Assembly: GCF_963921235.1 (NCBI RefSeq)
Contig: NC_086097.1
Location: 188,730,001 to 188,794,000, forward strand
Length of the DNA stretch: 64,000 nucleotides
Source of the DNA: Mobula hypostoma
Taxonomy: Eukaryota
Reading direction: 5' to 3'
Shown one piece after another: positions 12,734-25,674 of this stretch (the stretch's first letter is position 1; each line of letters starts with the position of its first letter). The translations under genes were made by a program, and so were the position numbers. The notes below the pieces were generated by a model, which was given only the letters and a program-made list of their open reading frames with translations, did no database searches and was not told where the DNA came from.

Positions 12734-15170
12734 TGCAGCTTATTGGAGTCTTCCCGATTCTGATAAGTGAAACTACACTGTACATATATTATTTCTACTT
12801 TATATAGGCTGTGTATTTTTGTGTGTTATTTGGTATGATTTGGCAGCTTCATAGCTTAAAGGTTACTGGAGAGAGTGTTTCTGCCAATAGCACTTGTGCC
12901 GTGTTTCTGCCGAGAGCGCTTCTGCTGAGAGTGCCGCCGTGAGATTTCCACTGCGCTAGACAGTGCTGCAGAAAAGTATTTCTACTTTATATAGGCTGTG
13001 TATTTATCATATCATTCCTGCTTTTCCTATATGTTACTGTTATTTTAGGTTTTATGTGTTATTTGGCATGATTTGGTAGGTTATTTTTTGGGTCTGGGAA
13101 CGCTCAAAAAATTTTCCCATATTAATAAATGGTAATTGCTTATTCACTTTACCACATTCCAGCTTACGAACCGTTTCATAGGAACGCTCTACTTCGGATA
13201 GCGGGGGAAACCTGTATTTAATTTGCTAGGTCTAGTTAGACATTGTTAAAACTCTATAAAAACAGAAACCAAACACAACTACATTAATTAGGACCAAACT
13301 AAGGAAATGTAAAATCTGTCTACATTTTACATAATTGATATATAACTATCAGTCAAGTTGGCTATGCAAATGACTTACTTCTGTGCTGTAAATTTAATAC
13401 AATTCTATGAGTAGACAAAACCGGAAAACGAACCCCTTTTAACAACAGGATGAAAATATATCAAATATTACAAGTAAGATTTGTTAACATGCCATAGTTA
13501 ATCTATAATAAAGAAAATCTTGTTATAGTGACAAATATTATACTTAATGCATACCATTAAAAATAAAAATCTACTTAAATTGGCAGATATTCTAACTTTG
13601 CACCCCCCAATCCCATGAGCCATTCTGTTCTTACATAAAAAGTACGGAGGGTTCAAAGTGGCTTTGGAATCACTCCTTCAGCATAAGCTGTAGCTTGAAC
13701 ATAATGGACACTAACAGCCATTTTGAAGCCTGATCCTGAAAGCCCAAGGCAGCTCCATATGGCAATTTCTGGCCTCCTTGTTCCTGTCCCAACCTGTCTA
13801 TGTTTCTGGAGATGATCTTTGTCTGATTTTGTTCAAGCTAGGTCACTTTCAGTCCTGGAAAAATGGGAATAGGATGCAGTTCTCAACGAAATTTCCTCCT
13901 TGGTAAACAGGGAAATGTTAAACTCTCATCTATAGCCCATTACCAAACCATTCTAGCTCCCTGCTTACAATGGATAGCTTCACAGGACACTTCTTCTGTT
14001 CTCCCAGGCCAAAGCTGAAGCACATAATGAATATGGATTGCTGCTAGCCCAGCAATCTCATCCCATATCTTTCATTTCACTGGTTTCACCTGGCATAACA
14101 CATTAGCTCAGGCCAGTCCAGGGTGATCCGACAGAATGCAGTGACTGATAGTGGTCCGGAAGCTGTGGTCCATTCAACAAGCCTAATTCCCAACATCTCC
14201 TTTCTTCTGGAGATCCTGGGAGATATTCCTGAATTTCTACCATATGTCATCAAATAGAATACAAGGAAGTGTCAACCAGTATAAGAAATCAACAGAATAT
14301 GGAGGTCATTTAAGCCTCACTTAACTTGTCAATATTTAAATACCAGATATGCTGGTTGCTATGCACAGCATACTTTAAAGCTTCAGGGAGATGGCCCAGA
14401 TATGAAACATTACACCATCATTCATAAAACAGCAATGCAGTGCAAATTCATTTGCCTAATGTACTCCAAAGCATAAGCTATGTGCATCAATAAGTATGGT
14501 CATTTATGAGCTGCATCCAAAGTTCCACTCTTGCACATGGAGCCACAATTGAAGTAAAAGCCAACTGTGAGGTGCAGCAAAGGCAACTCCCCCCCCCATT
14601 ATATAACCCCACAAGTTAAAGCAATCAATTAAACTCCTTGTTTGATACAAAGATGTCAAATGACAAAGTTATTTTAAACCCCATGCAATAGTTCTATACT
14701 AAAAACAATATATGATGCCTGAATTCATGAAGCTCAAGCAACAAAAATTCATAAAGCACAATTCATTTCTCTGTTCCTTCAAGACTAGCACCAAAATGCA
14801 TTCTCGGTTGGTTTTCCTTCATATAAAAGGATTTTTTCACTTGCAGGTTGTGTTCCGTTAAGTCATGGAACATTCAGAGACAAAATATTACCTTAGACCT
14901 TGTGCGAGGCTAGTTTAGAAATTGCAGGGCCTTAGCAGAGATATTTAAAACATCCATAGCAACTGGTGAAGTGCTGGAGGATTGGATGATAGCTAATGTT
15001 ATTGTTGTTTAACAGAGGCTCTAAGAATAAGCCGGGAAATTATCGGCTGGTGAAATTGACATCTGTAGTGGGTCGTAAACACAAAATACTCTGCAGATGC
15101 TGGGGTCAAAGCAACACTCACAACATGCTGGAGGAAAATCAGTAGGTTGGGCAGCATCCGTGGAAACGAT

Positions 15171-15208
15171 CAGTCAACGTTTCGGGCTGGAACCCTTCGT
15201 CAGGACTG
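15171..15208 (-). ncRNA. Minimal type I hammerhead ribozyme in Penelope 3' terminus
   Basis: Minus strand: cagtc-CTGACGA-agggttccagccc-GAAAC-GTT^gactg; intact core, GUU triplet. Confidence 0.8.
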
Positions 15209-16291
15209 AAGAGGGAAGGGGCAGACGCCCTATAAAGAAGGTGGGGGAGGGTGGGAAGGAGAGGGTTGGTAGGTTCCAGGTGAAAAACCAGTAAGGGGAA
15301 AGATAAAGGGGTGGGGGAGGGGAAGCAGGGAGGTGATAGGCAGGAAAGGTGAAGAAAGAATAGGGGAAAACACAATGGCTAGTAGGAGGAGGCAGAACCA
15401 TGAGGGAGGTGTCAGGCAGCTGGGGGAGGGGGCAGAGTAAAATAGGGATGGGGAAGGGAGGGGGTGGGAATTACCAGAAGTTGGAGAATTCTATGTTCAT
15501 ACCAAGGGGCTGGAGACTACCCAGACGGTATATGAGGTGTTGCTCCTCCAACCTGAGTTTAGCCTCATCATAGCAGTAGAGAAGGCCATGTATGGACACA
15601 TCTGAATGGGAATGTGAAGCAAAGTTGAAGTGGGTGGGAACCGGAAGATCCTGTCTGTTGTGGCAGATGGAGCGGAGGTGCTCGATGAAGCGGTCCCCCA
15701 ATCTGCGTCGAGTTTCACCGATGTAGAGGAGGCCGCACCGGGAGCACAGGATGCAACAGATGACCCCAACAGACTCACAAGTGAAGTGTGGCCTCACCTG
15801 GAAGGATTGTTTGGGGCCCTGAATGGTGACAAAAGAGAAGGTGTAGGGACAGGTGTAGCAGGTACGCTTACAGGGATAAGTGCCGGGTGGGAGATCCGTG
15901 GGGAGGGACGTGTGGACCAGGGAGTCGTGGAGGGAACGATCCCTGCGGAAAGCGTAGAGAGGTGGAGAGGGAAAGATGTGCTTAGTGGTGGGGTCCTGGT
16001 GAAGGTGGCGGAAGTTGCGTAGGATAATGTGCTGGATCCGGAGGCCAGTGGGGTGGAAGGTGAGGACAAGGGGAATTCTGTCCCTATTGTGGTGACAGGA
16101 GGATGGGGTGAGGGCCAAAGTGCGGGAAGTGGAGGAGGTGTGGGTGAGGGCATCATTGATGATGACAGAAGGGAAACCACGATCCTTAAGTTGTTGGAAG
16201 AATCGATGGGCCGAATGGCCTACTTCTGCTCCTTTGTCTTATGGTCTTAAAGAAAGAGGACATTTGCGATGTCCTGGAATGGAAAGTTGTT

Positions 16292-17653
16292 GGAAGTTGT
16301 TGGAGTCGATTGTCAAGGATGAGGTTACAGAGTACCTGGAGGCATATGACAAGATAGGCAGAACTCAGCATGGATTCCTTAAAGGAAAATCCTGCCTGAC
16401 AAACCTATTACAATTTTTTGAGGAAATTACCAGTAGGCTAGACAAGGGAGATGCAATGGATGTTGTATATTTGGATTTTCAGAAGGCCTTTGACAAGGTG
16501 CCACACATGAGGCTACTTAACAAGATAAGAGCCCATGGAATTACAGGAAAGTTACATACGTGGATAGAGCGTTAGCTGATTGGCAGGAAACAGAGAGTGG
16601 GAATAAAGGGATCCTATTCTGGTTGGCTGCCGGTTACCAGTGGTGTTCCGCAGGGATCAGTGTTGGGGCCGCTTCTTTTTACATTGTACATCAACGATTT
16701 GGATTATGGAATAGATGGCTTTGTGGCTAAGTTTGCTGAAGATACGAAGATAGGTGGAGGGGCCGGTAGTGCTGAGGAAACAGAGTGCAGAGAGACTTGG
16801 ATAGATTGGAAGAATGGGCAGAGAAGTGGCAAATGAAGTACAATGTTGGAAAGTGTATGGTTATGCACTTTGGGAGAAAAAATAAACGGGCAGACTATTA
16901 TTTAAATGGGGAAAGAATTCAAAGTTCTGAGATGCAATGGGACTTGGGAGTCCTCGGGATTCCCTTAAAGTTAACCTCCAGGTTGAGTCGGTAGTGAAGA
17001 AGGTGAATGCAATGTTGGCATTCATTTCTAGGGGAATAGAGTATAGGAGCAGGGATGTGATGTTGAGGCTCTATAAGGCGCCGGTGAGACCTCACTTGGA
17101 GTACTGTGGGCAGTTTTGGTCTCCTTATTTAAGAAAGGATGTGCTGACGTTGGAGAGGCTACAGAGAAGATTCACTAGAATGATTCTGGGAATGAGAGGG
17201 TTAACATATGAGGAACGTTTGTCCGCTCTTGGACTGTTTTCCTTGGAGTTTAGAAGAATGAGAGGAGACCTCATAGAAACATTTCGAATGTTAAAAGGCA
17301 TGGACAGAGTGGATGTCGCAAAGTTGTTTCCCATGATGGGGGAGTCTAGTACGAGAGGGCATGACTTCAGGATTGAAGGGCGCCCTTTCAGAACAGAAAT
17401 GCGAAAAATTTTTTTTAGTCAGAGGGTGGTGAATCTATGGAATTTGTTGCCACGGGCAGCAGTGGAGGCCAAGTCATTGGGTGTATTTAAGGCAGAGATC
17501 GATAGGTATCTGATTAGCCAGGGCATCAAAGGTTATGGTGAGAAGGCGGGGCAGTGGGACTAAATAGGATAAAATGGATCAGCTCATGATAAAATGGCGG
17601 AGCAGACTCGATGGGCCGAATGGCCTACTTCTGCTCCTTTGTCTTATGGTCTT
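16292..17653 (+). mobile_element. Young 5'-truncated CR1 LINE (RT part), same family as 39402-43754
   Basis: [48 protein letters not shown]-type tail; one stop and small frameshifts. Confidence 0.95.
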
Positions 17654-20639
17654 AAAGAAAGAGGACATTTGAGATGTCCTGGAATGGAAAGCCTCATCCT
17701 CGGAGCAGATGCGGTGGAGACAGAGGAACTGGGAATAGGGAATGGCATTTTTGCATGTGGCAGGGTGAGAAGAGGTATAGTCAAGGTAGTTATGAGAGTC
17801 AGTGAGCTTGTAGAAGATGTCAGTGGACAGTCTGTCTCCAGAGATGGAGACCGAGAGATCGAGAAAGGGGAGAGAAGTGTCCGAGATAGACCAAGTGAAT
17901 TTGAGGGCTGGGTGGAAGCTTGAAGTAAAGTCGATGAAATTGACAAGCTCAGCACAGGTGCAGGAAGCAGCACTAATGTAGTTGTCAATGTAGCGAAGGA
18001 AAAGTTGGGGAGCGGTATCAGAATAGGTTTGGAGCACAGACTGTTCCACATAACCAACGAAGGGGCAGGCATAGTTGGGGCCCTTGCAAGTGCCCATAGC
18101 TACACCCTTGGTCTGAAGAAAGTGGGAAGAGCCAAAAGAGAAGTTATTTAGTGGGAGTACCAGTTCCGCCAACCGGAGGAGGGTAGTGGTGGTGGGGAAC
18201 TGGTGAAGTCTATTGTCCAGAAAGTAGTGGAGGGCTTTGAGGCCTTCTTGATGGGGAATGGAGATGTATAAGGATTGGACATCCATAATGAAAATGAAGT
18301 GGTCAGGACCGGGGAACTGGAAGTTATTGAAGAGGTGGAGGGTATGGGATGTATCCCGGATGTAGGTGGGGAGGTGAACTATAGGTGACAAAATGGAGTC
18401 CAGGTAGACAGATACAAGTTCGGTGGGACAGGAGCAGGCAGAATCTATGGGTCTACCGGGACAGTCAGACTTGTGGATCTTGGGGAGGAGGTAAAACCAA
18501 GTGGTACGGGGTGTGGGAACTATGAGTTTAGTGGCTGAGGATGGTGGGTCTCCGGAGTTGATAAGGGTGGTGATGGTACAGGAGACAATGGTTTGATGTT
18601 TTCTGATGGGGTCCTGTTCCAGGGATAAGTAAGAGGAGGTGTCAGAGAGCTGCCATTTGGCCTCAGTGAGGTAGAGGTCCGTCTGCCAGACTACTATGGC
18701 ACCACCTTTGTCTGTGGGTTTGATGGTGAGGTTGGGATTAGTGCAGAGAGAGTGGAGGGCGGAGCGTTCAGAGGGAGTGAGGTTGGAACAGGAGAGAGAA
18801 GTGGTGAAGTTGAGATGGTTGATGTCTCGGCAACATTTGGAGATGAAAAGATCGAGTGCAGATAGAAAGTCCGGGCGGGGTGTCCAGGAGGAGGAGGAGG
18901 GTTGAAGACGGGAGAAGGAATCCTTGCCAAAGAAGTAGGCTCGGAGACGTAGGCGACAGAAGAAGAGTTCAGCGTCATGGCGGGCATGGAACTCACTGGT
19001 CTGTAGTGGGTAAATTATTGGAAGGTATTCTCAGGGACCACTTGATTTATAAGTATTTGACTAGACATGGACTGATTAGCAATAATCAACATGGTTTTGT
19101 GCATGGTAGGTCATGTCTAATCAATGTTGGAATTTTTTGAGGAAGTTACTAGGAAAATTGATAAAGGCAAGAAGACTGTGGATGTTGGACTTTAGCAAGG
19201 CCTTTGAGAAAGTCCTGCATGGGAGATTGATCAAGACGGTTCGGACACTTGGTATTCAGGATGAGGTAGTAAATTGGATTAGACATTTGCTTCACAGAGA
19301 AAGCCAGAGAGTGATTGTAGATGGATGCCTCTCTGACTGGGGCCTGTGACTAGCATTGTGCTGCAGGGATCATTGTTGAACCAATTGTTGTTTGTTGTCC
19401 ATATCACCGATCTGGATGATAATGTACTAAACTGGATCAAGAAATTTGTGAATGACACCAAGACTGGGAGATTGGGGATGTTGTGGACAGCGAGGAAGAT
19501 TATCAAAACTTGCAGCGCAATCTAGAGCAGCTGGAAAAATGGGCTAATAAAGGCATGTGGAAATCTGAGGTGTTGCAGTTTGGAAGGACAAACCAGGGTA
19601 GGTCTTACACACTGAGTGGTAAGGCACTGAGGAGTATGGTAGAACAGGGGAATCTGAGAATACAGATCCTTAATTTCTTGAAAGTGATGTCACAGGTAGA
19701 TAGTGTCGTAAAGAGTACTTTTGGTACATTGACTGTAAATCAAAGTATTGAGTACAGGAGTTGGAATGTCATTCTGAAGGTGTATAAGATATTACTGAAG
19801 CCTAATTTGGAGTATTGTGTGTAGTTCTAGTCCCCTACCTACAGGAAAGATATCAAATAAAATGAAAGAGTGCAGAGGAAATTTACAAGTATTTTGCCAG
19901 GATTTGAGGCCCTGAGTTATATGGAAAGGTTGAATAGGTGAGGACTTTATTACCTAGAGCATAAAGAATGAGGGGGATTTGATAGGGGTACACAAAATGA
20001 TGAGGGGTTTAGACAAGGTAAATATTAGCAGGTTTTTTCCACTGAGGTTGGGTGAGACTACAACTGGAGTTCATGGGGTAAGATGATAGGTGAGATGTTT
20101 AAGGGGAACATGAGGGGGATCTTCTACACTCAGTGAGTGGCGAATGTGTGGAACAAGCTGCCAGTAGAAGTTGTGGATGCTGGTTCCATTTCAACATTTT
20201 AGAGAAATTTGTATAGGTGCATGCATAGGAGGGGTACGGAGGGCTATGGTCCCGATGCCATTCAATGGGACTAGGAAGATTAATAGTTTAGCATGGGCTA
20301 GATGGGCCGAAGGGTCTATTTCTGCGCTGCAGTGTTCAATGATTTGATGACACTATGACACAACCACAGAGGCAAGGGTGTAGTGAAGGCTTTAATGAAT
20401 TGCATTCCAAAATTAGACACAGCTTAAAAAAGCAAATGTTAAATGTAGTCTAAGCTAATAATTTTTTTTCATAAACTGATTCAAAGGTGACATTGTTGAT
20501 TTTCTAAAAGGAAAACAATTTTAAAAGCATGGACTTTGATACAAGCTTTCCCCAAGTTTGAAGCATAGTAATTGTTTAAGTTATTAAGATAGTAATTTTG
20601 CATACAAACTCCAAATAAGGTCTTCCCCGAGGACCACAA

Positions 20640-20935
20640 CCTTGGAATAGGCTTTGGAGGTTTGTATGCCTCAATGACCCAGAGTGCAATGTTGACTGGA
20701 GTCAGGATCTTGTGCTTTGGCTTTTGCTAGTGCCACCCATGCCAAACAAGTCAAAGGGTAGAGGCAGACGCAGAGTGGTCCACTAGTCCTCCAGGTTTCG
20801 GGGTTCAGTTCAGGGGTAACAACCCCGAATGGCCAAACAAAACTGTTACGGAAACAGCAATGAAGAATCTTTCTATACAGACAGAGATGGAGGACCTTGA
20901 TTGCTTCTCTAAACGCCAGTAGCGTTACAGGTACT
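20640..20935 (+). mobile_element. Bipartite non-autonomous RTE-like retroelement, copy 2
   Basis: Shares tgcctcaatgacccaga, cacccatgccaaaca, caaacaaaactgtta and acagacagagatgga with 5930-6245. Confidence 0.6.
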
Positions 20936-21009
20936 AAAGTACAAATAAGGGGAAAACTAACCTGTTTCAATTGTGTTGATTAATGAATAAATGTTGGCAA
21001 TATGAGCAT

Positions 21010-22215
21010 TCTAATCCATTGCAATTGGCCTACTACCAAAACAGGTCCACAGCAGACGTCATCTCACTAGCCCTACAATCATCTCTGGACAGTAAAGACA
21101 CCCATGTCAGATTATTACTTATTGACTACAACTCTGCCTTCAGTACTACAATTCCAAGAAAACTCTATACCAAACTGCAGACACTAGGAATCAATGCCTG
21201 CCTCTGCAACTAGACCCTTGACTTTCTGACTAACTGACCACAATCTGTAAGGATAGACTCCTCAATGATTATTCTTAACACTGATGCCCCTCAAGGTTGC
21301 ATCCTTCCCTCCTGCTCTACTCCCTGTATGCTCATGACTGCGTGGCCATATTCTGCTCCATCACATTTGCAGACAACATCAAAATAGTGGGCCGAATCTC
21401 AAATAACGATGAGTCAAAAGAGATAAAGAGCTTCATGGCATTGTGTAATGAAACAGCCTTTCCCTCAATGTCAATAAAAGAACTGGTCATTGAGTTCAGA
21501 AATGAGCACTCCTCATGCTCCTATCTACATCAACAGTGCTGAGGGAGAGAGGCTTGAGAGCTTCAAGCCCCTGGGAGTAATCATCACCAAAAGCCTGACT
21601 TGGTCCAACCACATAGGCACTACAGTCAAGAAAACTCACCTATGCCTCTACTTCCTCAGGAGGGTAAAAAAATTCAGCATGTCCCTGTTATCAAATGTTA
21701 TTGATGCACCACATCATACTAAACACCCTCTCTGATGCATAATGGCTTGGTACGTCAACTGTGCACACAAACAGAAGAAACTGCAGAGAGTTGCAGACAC
21801 GGCTCAGCATATCACACAAATCAGCTTCCCCTCCATGGACTCAGTCTGTACTTCTCACTGCATTAGGGAAGCAGTCAGCATAATCAAGTATACTACCCAC
21901 CCTGAAAATTCTCCTTTCCCTCAGGCAGAAGATACAAAAGCCTGAAGGCATGTACTACTAAGCTCAAGTATAGCATCTACCCTGCTCTTATGAGACTATT
22001 GAATAGTCCCCCGCAAAGATGGACTCGACCTCATAATCTACCTCGTCGAGGCCTTGCAGCTTATTGTCTACCACAACTGTACTTTCCCTCTAACAATACC
22101 ATTTTATTCTGGATTCTGTTATTGTTTTCCCTCGTACTACCTCAACTAATTTTGCAATGAAATGATCTATGTGGATGTTTTTCACTCTACCTCGTACATG
22201 TGACAATAATAAACC
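21010..22215 (+). mobile_element. Decayed Rex1/Babar-like LINE RT fragment
   Basis: PLQLAYYQNRSTADVISLAL, VRLLLIDYNSAFSTTIP, LLYSLYAHDCVA, LYFLRRVKKF. Confidence 0.8.
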
Positions 22216-22494
22216 ATCTACCTTTTTAAACAATGAATACAGCAGATACTTATAGATTCATTTGAAAAAGTAGACAAGACCATGGTATAATATCTTATCT
22301 GAATATCCTCAAACATGGGGAAGTTATCACACCTTCAATAACACTGGTAAATTGTTCACATCAGTTGGAGTATAAACTCCTTTTCTCATCAGCACTTGCA
22401 AGATAGTCAATGCAGAAATCCCACATATCCCTGCCATTACACATTCAATACAATATATTAAAACATAAGAAATCTGCAAAAGCATTGATTTTAG

Positions 22495-23275
22495 ACCAAA
22501 AAATGAAACTATAACAGAGGAGAAGAATTAAGCCATTCAGTTCCTTAAATGTGCTCCACCATTCAATCAGGGATATTATGTTTTCAATCCCATTCTTCCA
22601 CCTTCTCTCTGTAATGCTTAACCTTATTATCAATCAAGAACCTTTCAATTTCCACCTTCAAAACACCTGATGACTTTCATCAAGTATATTTCACAGATTT
22701 ATCACACTCTGACTGAAGAAATTTCTCATCTCAGTTTGAAAGATACGTCCCTCGGCTCAGAATAAAGACTCTTCCACTCATGAAAACATCCACCTCCAGT
22801 CCAGGCCCTTCAGTATCCAGGAGGTCTCAATGAGGGCCCCCTCACCCTTCTGAGCTCTGTACAGTACAAGCCCAGAAACATCAAATTCTCATCAAATATT
22901 AATCCCGCAATTCCTGGGTTCATTTTTGTGAAGCTCTTCTAGAACCCCTACAGGGCCAGCATATCCTTCCTTAGAGAGGGTCCCAAAGTTGCTCAAAATA
23001 TTCCAAATGTCATCTGACTGTCACTTAATGAAGCCTCAGCCTCATCCTTGCTTTCAATATTCTAGTCCTCTCAAAATAAATGCCTATATTGCACTTGCCT
23101 TCTTTACTACGGACTCAACCTACAAATTACCCTTGAGGGGACTCCCATGTGCTTTTGCACTTGTGATTTCTGAATTCTTTCTCCATTTACGAAATAGCCT
23201 TCACCTTTAATCTTCCCAATACTTCACTACACTGTAATCCATCTGCTACTTCTTTGCCCACTTTTGCAACCTGCT
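22495..23275 (-). mobile_element. Decayed CR1 LINE 3' fragment
   Basis: Reverse-complement similarity to the CR1 3' region of 16292-17653. Confidence 0.7.
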
Positions 23276-23934
23276 CCCACAACCTACAGACTCATTTTCA
23301 AGGACCCTTCATCTTATGTTCTCAATATTTACTACTATTTCTCTTTCTGTGTTTACACAGTTTGTTGTCCTTTGCTTACTGATTGAATGGCTAAGTTAGT
23401 GCAGCCTTTTCATTGTTTGTACTATGGTTATCTTTCTATTATGGATTTCTTTAGTATGCCCGCAAGAAAATGAATCTCAGGGTTGTATACGGTGACATAT
23501 ATGTACTTTGATAATAAACTTACTTTGAATTTTGAACTTTGAACCAAAGAAATATTTTGTTTAGCTGTGCATATACAAACGTTTTGATATAAACTGATAA
23601 AGCTTTCTTACTACTTTTCACCATACAATTTATTATAGTTCAGCTGATTTGACAAACAAAATAGTGACATACTTCAAGATGTCAATACTTATCCACCATT
23701 ATCCACACAAACAGAAAAACCTTTTTGGTCGTACTACTGAAAATACGTAATTTCAGTACCTGTCAAAACTGCAATTAACCAGTGTTTTTTTTTAATAAAC
23801 AGGACAGTCTCTTTAGAATTGGTCATCTGAAAGGCCACAAGGCAAATATCCTCCATTTTCTTCTGTATAATCTACTCACAAAATCTGTTCACTACATGTT
23901 GCAAGCGATTAAGTTTGCATCCCAAACCTCATAC

Positions 23935-23975
23935 CTGGAGTCTAAATTATGCAGGTTCTGCCCTGGAGGGTTCTA
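23935..23975 (-). other. Candidate small exon (41/38 nt, NAGNAG acceptor)
   Basis: Minus strand: cttctgtattttcattag|TAG|AACCCTCC...GACTCCAG|gtatga. Confidence 0.4.
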
Positions 23976-25674
23976 CTAATGAAAATACAGAAGTTGATGG
24001 GTATGCACAGCATAACTAACCTCCGAGTCTGGAGCCTGGACTTGTTAAAATGAAAGTGATTGGCAAATTATTAGCACAGCTACAAAGCTGCATTTGATGG
24101 CAGGTATCTTATGTTCAATTTTCACACAAGTTGAACACAAAAGAATGGAATATTAGTTTGTTTCTGAGCCAGTTAAGCTTTCTGTCAACATAGGAGTGAG
24201 GATATTAGTGATCAATAAGGCTCATAGGGTATCACAGCAGTCTAGCAATCATCTTCCAACATATTTTCAAAATTACTGAGGCACCACTTCATTGCCCTCA
24301 GTCAAAATACAATAATACCAACCAATCACAAAGTGCACTTGAAGTGACACTTATACTTTTATTTCTTACTTGCAAAAGAAAACCTCAATCAACAAATATT
24401 GTACAATATCTCAGAAACATAATTTAAAAAAACAATTGAAAGGAATGAACAAAAAAACTGCAATTTGAAGCAAAAAATAAACTGCTGGAGATAACTTTCT
24501 GTTTCTCTTTCCTGAAATGAGATGTTATTGATGGGGTTATGTAGTGTGCATGCAATTTACCACACATAATGAACTTGCAGACCAAAGCAGGCATTCTAAA
24601 CCAAGTGCTGATTGAGGTTATTTTAACAAGGTCTCCAGCACTCCACTCCATTGCAAGTCAGTAGTCTTCCTACCAGCTATGCTGCAGTCTCTGGGAGAGA
24701 ACTTCATTGGAACAGAGGCAAGCACCAGGCAGCCACCAAGGGAATACTCAAGAATGATTAATTGACACTTATTATTTTGATTTACAAATAGTGACCAACT
24801 TTGCAAGCACTGTGAAGTAATCGACTGATCTTAAACATTATTCCTTGCTGATACTAATTTAACTATTTCCTGTTGACCCAGGTGTCTATGTCCTCCTCTG
24901 GAGTGTCCTTCCCCTACTCCTCACTTTTCTAGCAGTTTCTACTGCTCTGTGTGCCTCTGCTCATTTTCTTTGGTGAATGCCCACTGACACTCGTATCTGG
25001 GAGCAATTAATTACTGCTGAAGACTTAAAAGTCCTTAAGCATCTGGCATACCACTCCCTACAGACTTTGGTAAGTTTAAGGATCTGGAAAGAACTAAACT
25101 ATTGTTCAGTCAATGCAACAGCAAGTAGGGGAAGTTCCTTACAGCTGGTGAAAATTGGTATGCTCAATCAATACATGGAATTAGGTGGAGCATTAAGCTC
25201 CAAATTAGCAAGGCTTATCACAAATCAATATTCAACACCGTGCAATTCTCCATACTTCCAGTTATCAACACATAGTAACCATCTTCCTAACATAGTGACC
25301 AATGAAACTCAATCTACAAGTAAACATGCATTGGTCACCAAACTGAAAAGAACTCAACACCATAAGCATCAAGGCAGTAGACATTATACAGCTGAATGTT
25401 GAGACTCTAAATGCTAAAAATTATTTTCAGATGGTGTGATTTTCCAGAACAGTACGGTAATAACTGAATCAGATATTAACACTACAGCTAATATAGTACT
25501 TGTGGCTCTCTCACTGTAGTTTAAGCAGAAGCACTAGTTTAAAAAAAGAGAAATTACACAAACATTTCTGGGAGATAAGGTTCTATAGTAAGTTTAAATA
25601 TCATTCTTGAGATTTGACCACATATATATAGCCAGGCAATTCAGAACACTACTAACAATGTGATATTCTATCAG

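Larger units (their letters stand above)
11700..13214 (+). mobile_element. Tigger/pogo transposon, internally deleted (HTH/CENP-B-like N-terminus only)
   Basis: TA-CAGGTGGCCCCCGTTTTCCGAA ... TTCGGATAGCGGGGGAAACCTG-TA; RKGVTLSKKLDIIKRFDCGE, FKGSHGWFDRF, QVFNCDETAIYW. Confidence 0.9.
15074..18999 (-). mobile_element. Penelope-like retroelement (RT + GIY-YIG endonuclease), 5'-truncated, interrupted by CR1
   Basis: FYLLPKIHK, MDVQSLYISIPH, GVAMGT, FLRYIDNY (YIDD mutated), LPFLDL; GIY-YIG LYIGETRRRLGDRFIEH; 12-bp TSD tctgtagtgggt at 15062-15073 and 19000-19011. Confidence 0.93.
14890..20345 (+). mobile_element. Old 5'-truncated CR1 LINE split by a Penelope insertion (parts 14890-15073 and 19000-20345)
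   Basis: RT remnants continue across the insertion (GNYRLVKLTSVVG | SVVGKLLEGILRD, QHGFVHGRSCL, LDFSKAFEKV). Confidence 0.85.

Noticed and set aside
13970..14089. Possible minus-strand exon ending CCATT|gtaagc
   Set aside because: Weak acceptor and stops in all three frames; region may be an ancient repeat
24977..25402. 141-aa ORF
   Set aside because: No recognisable domain or splice context; consistent with chance
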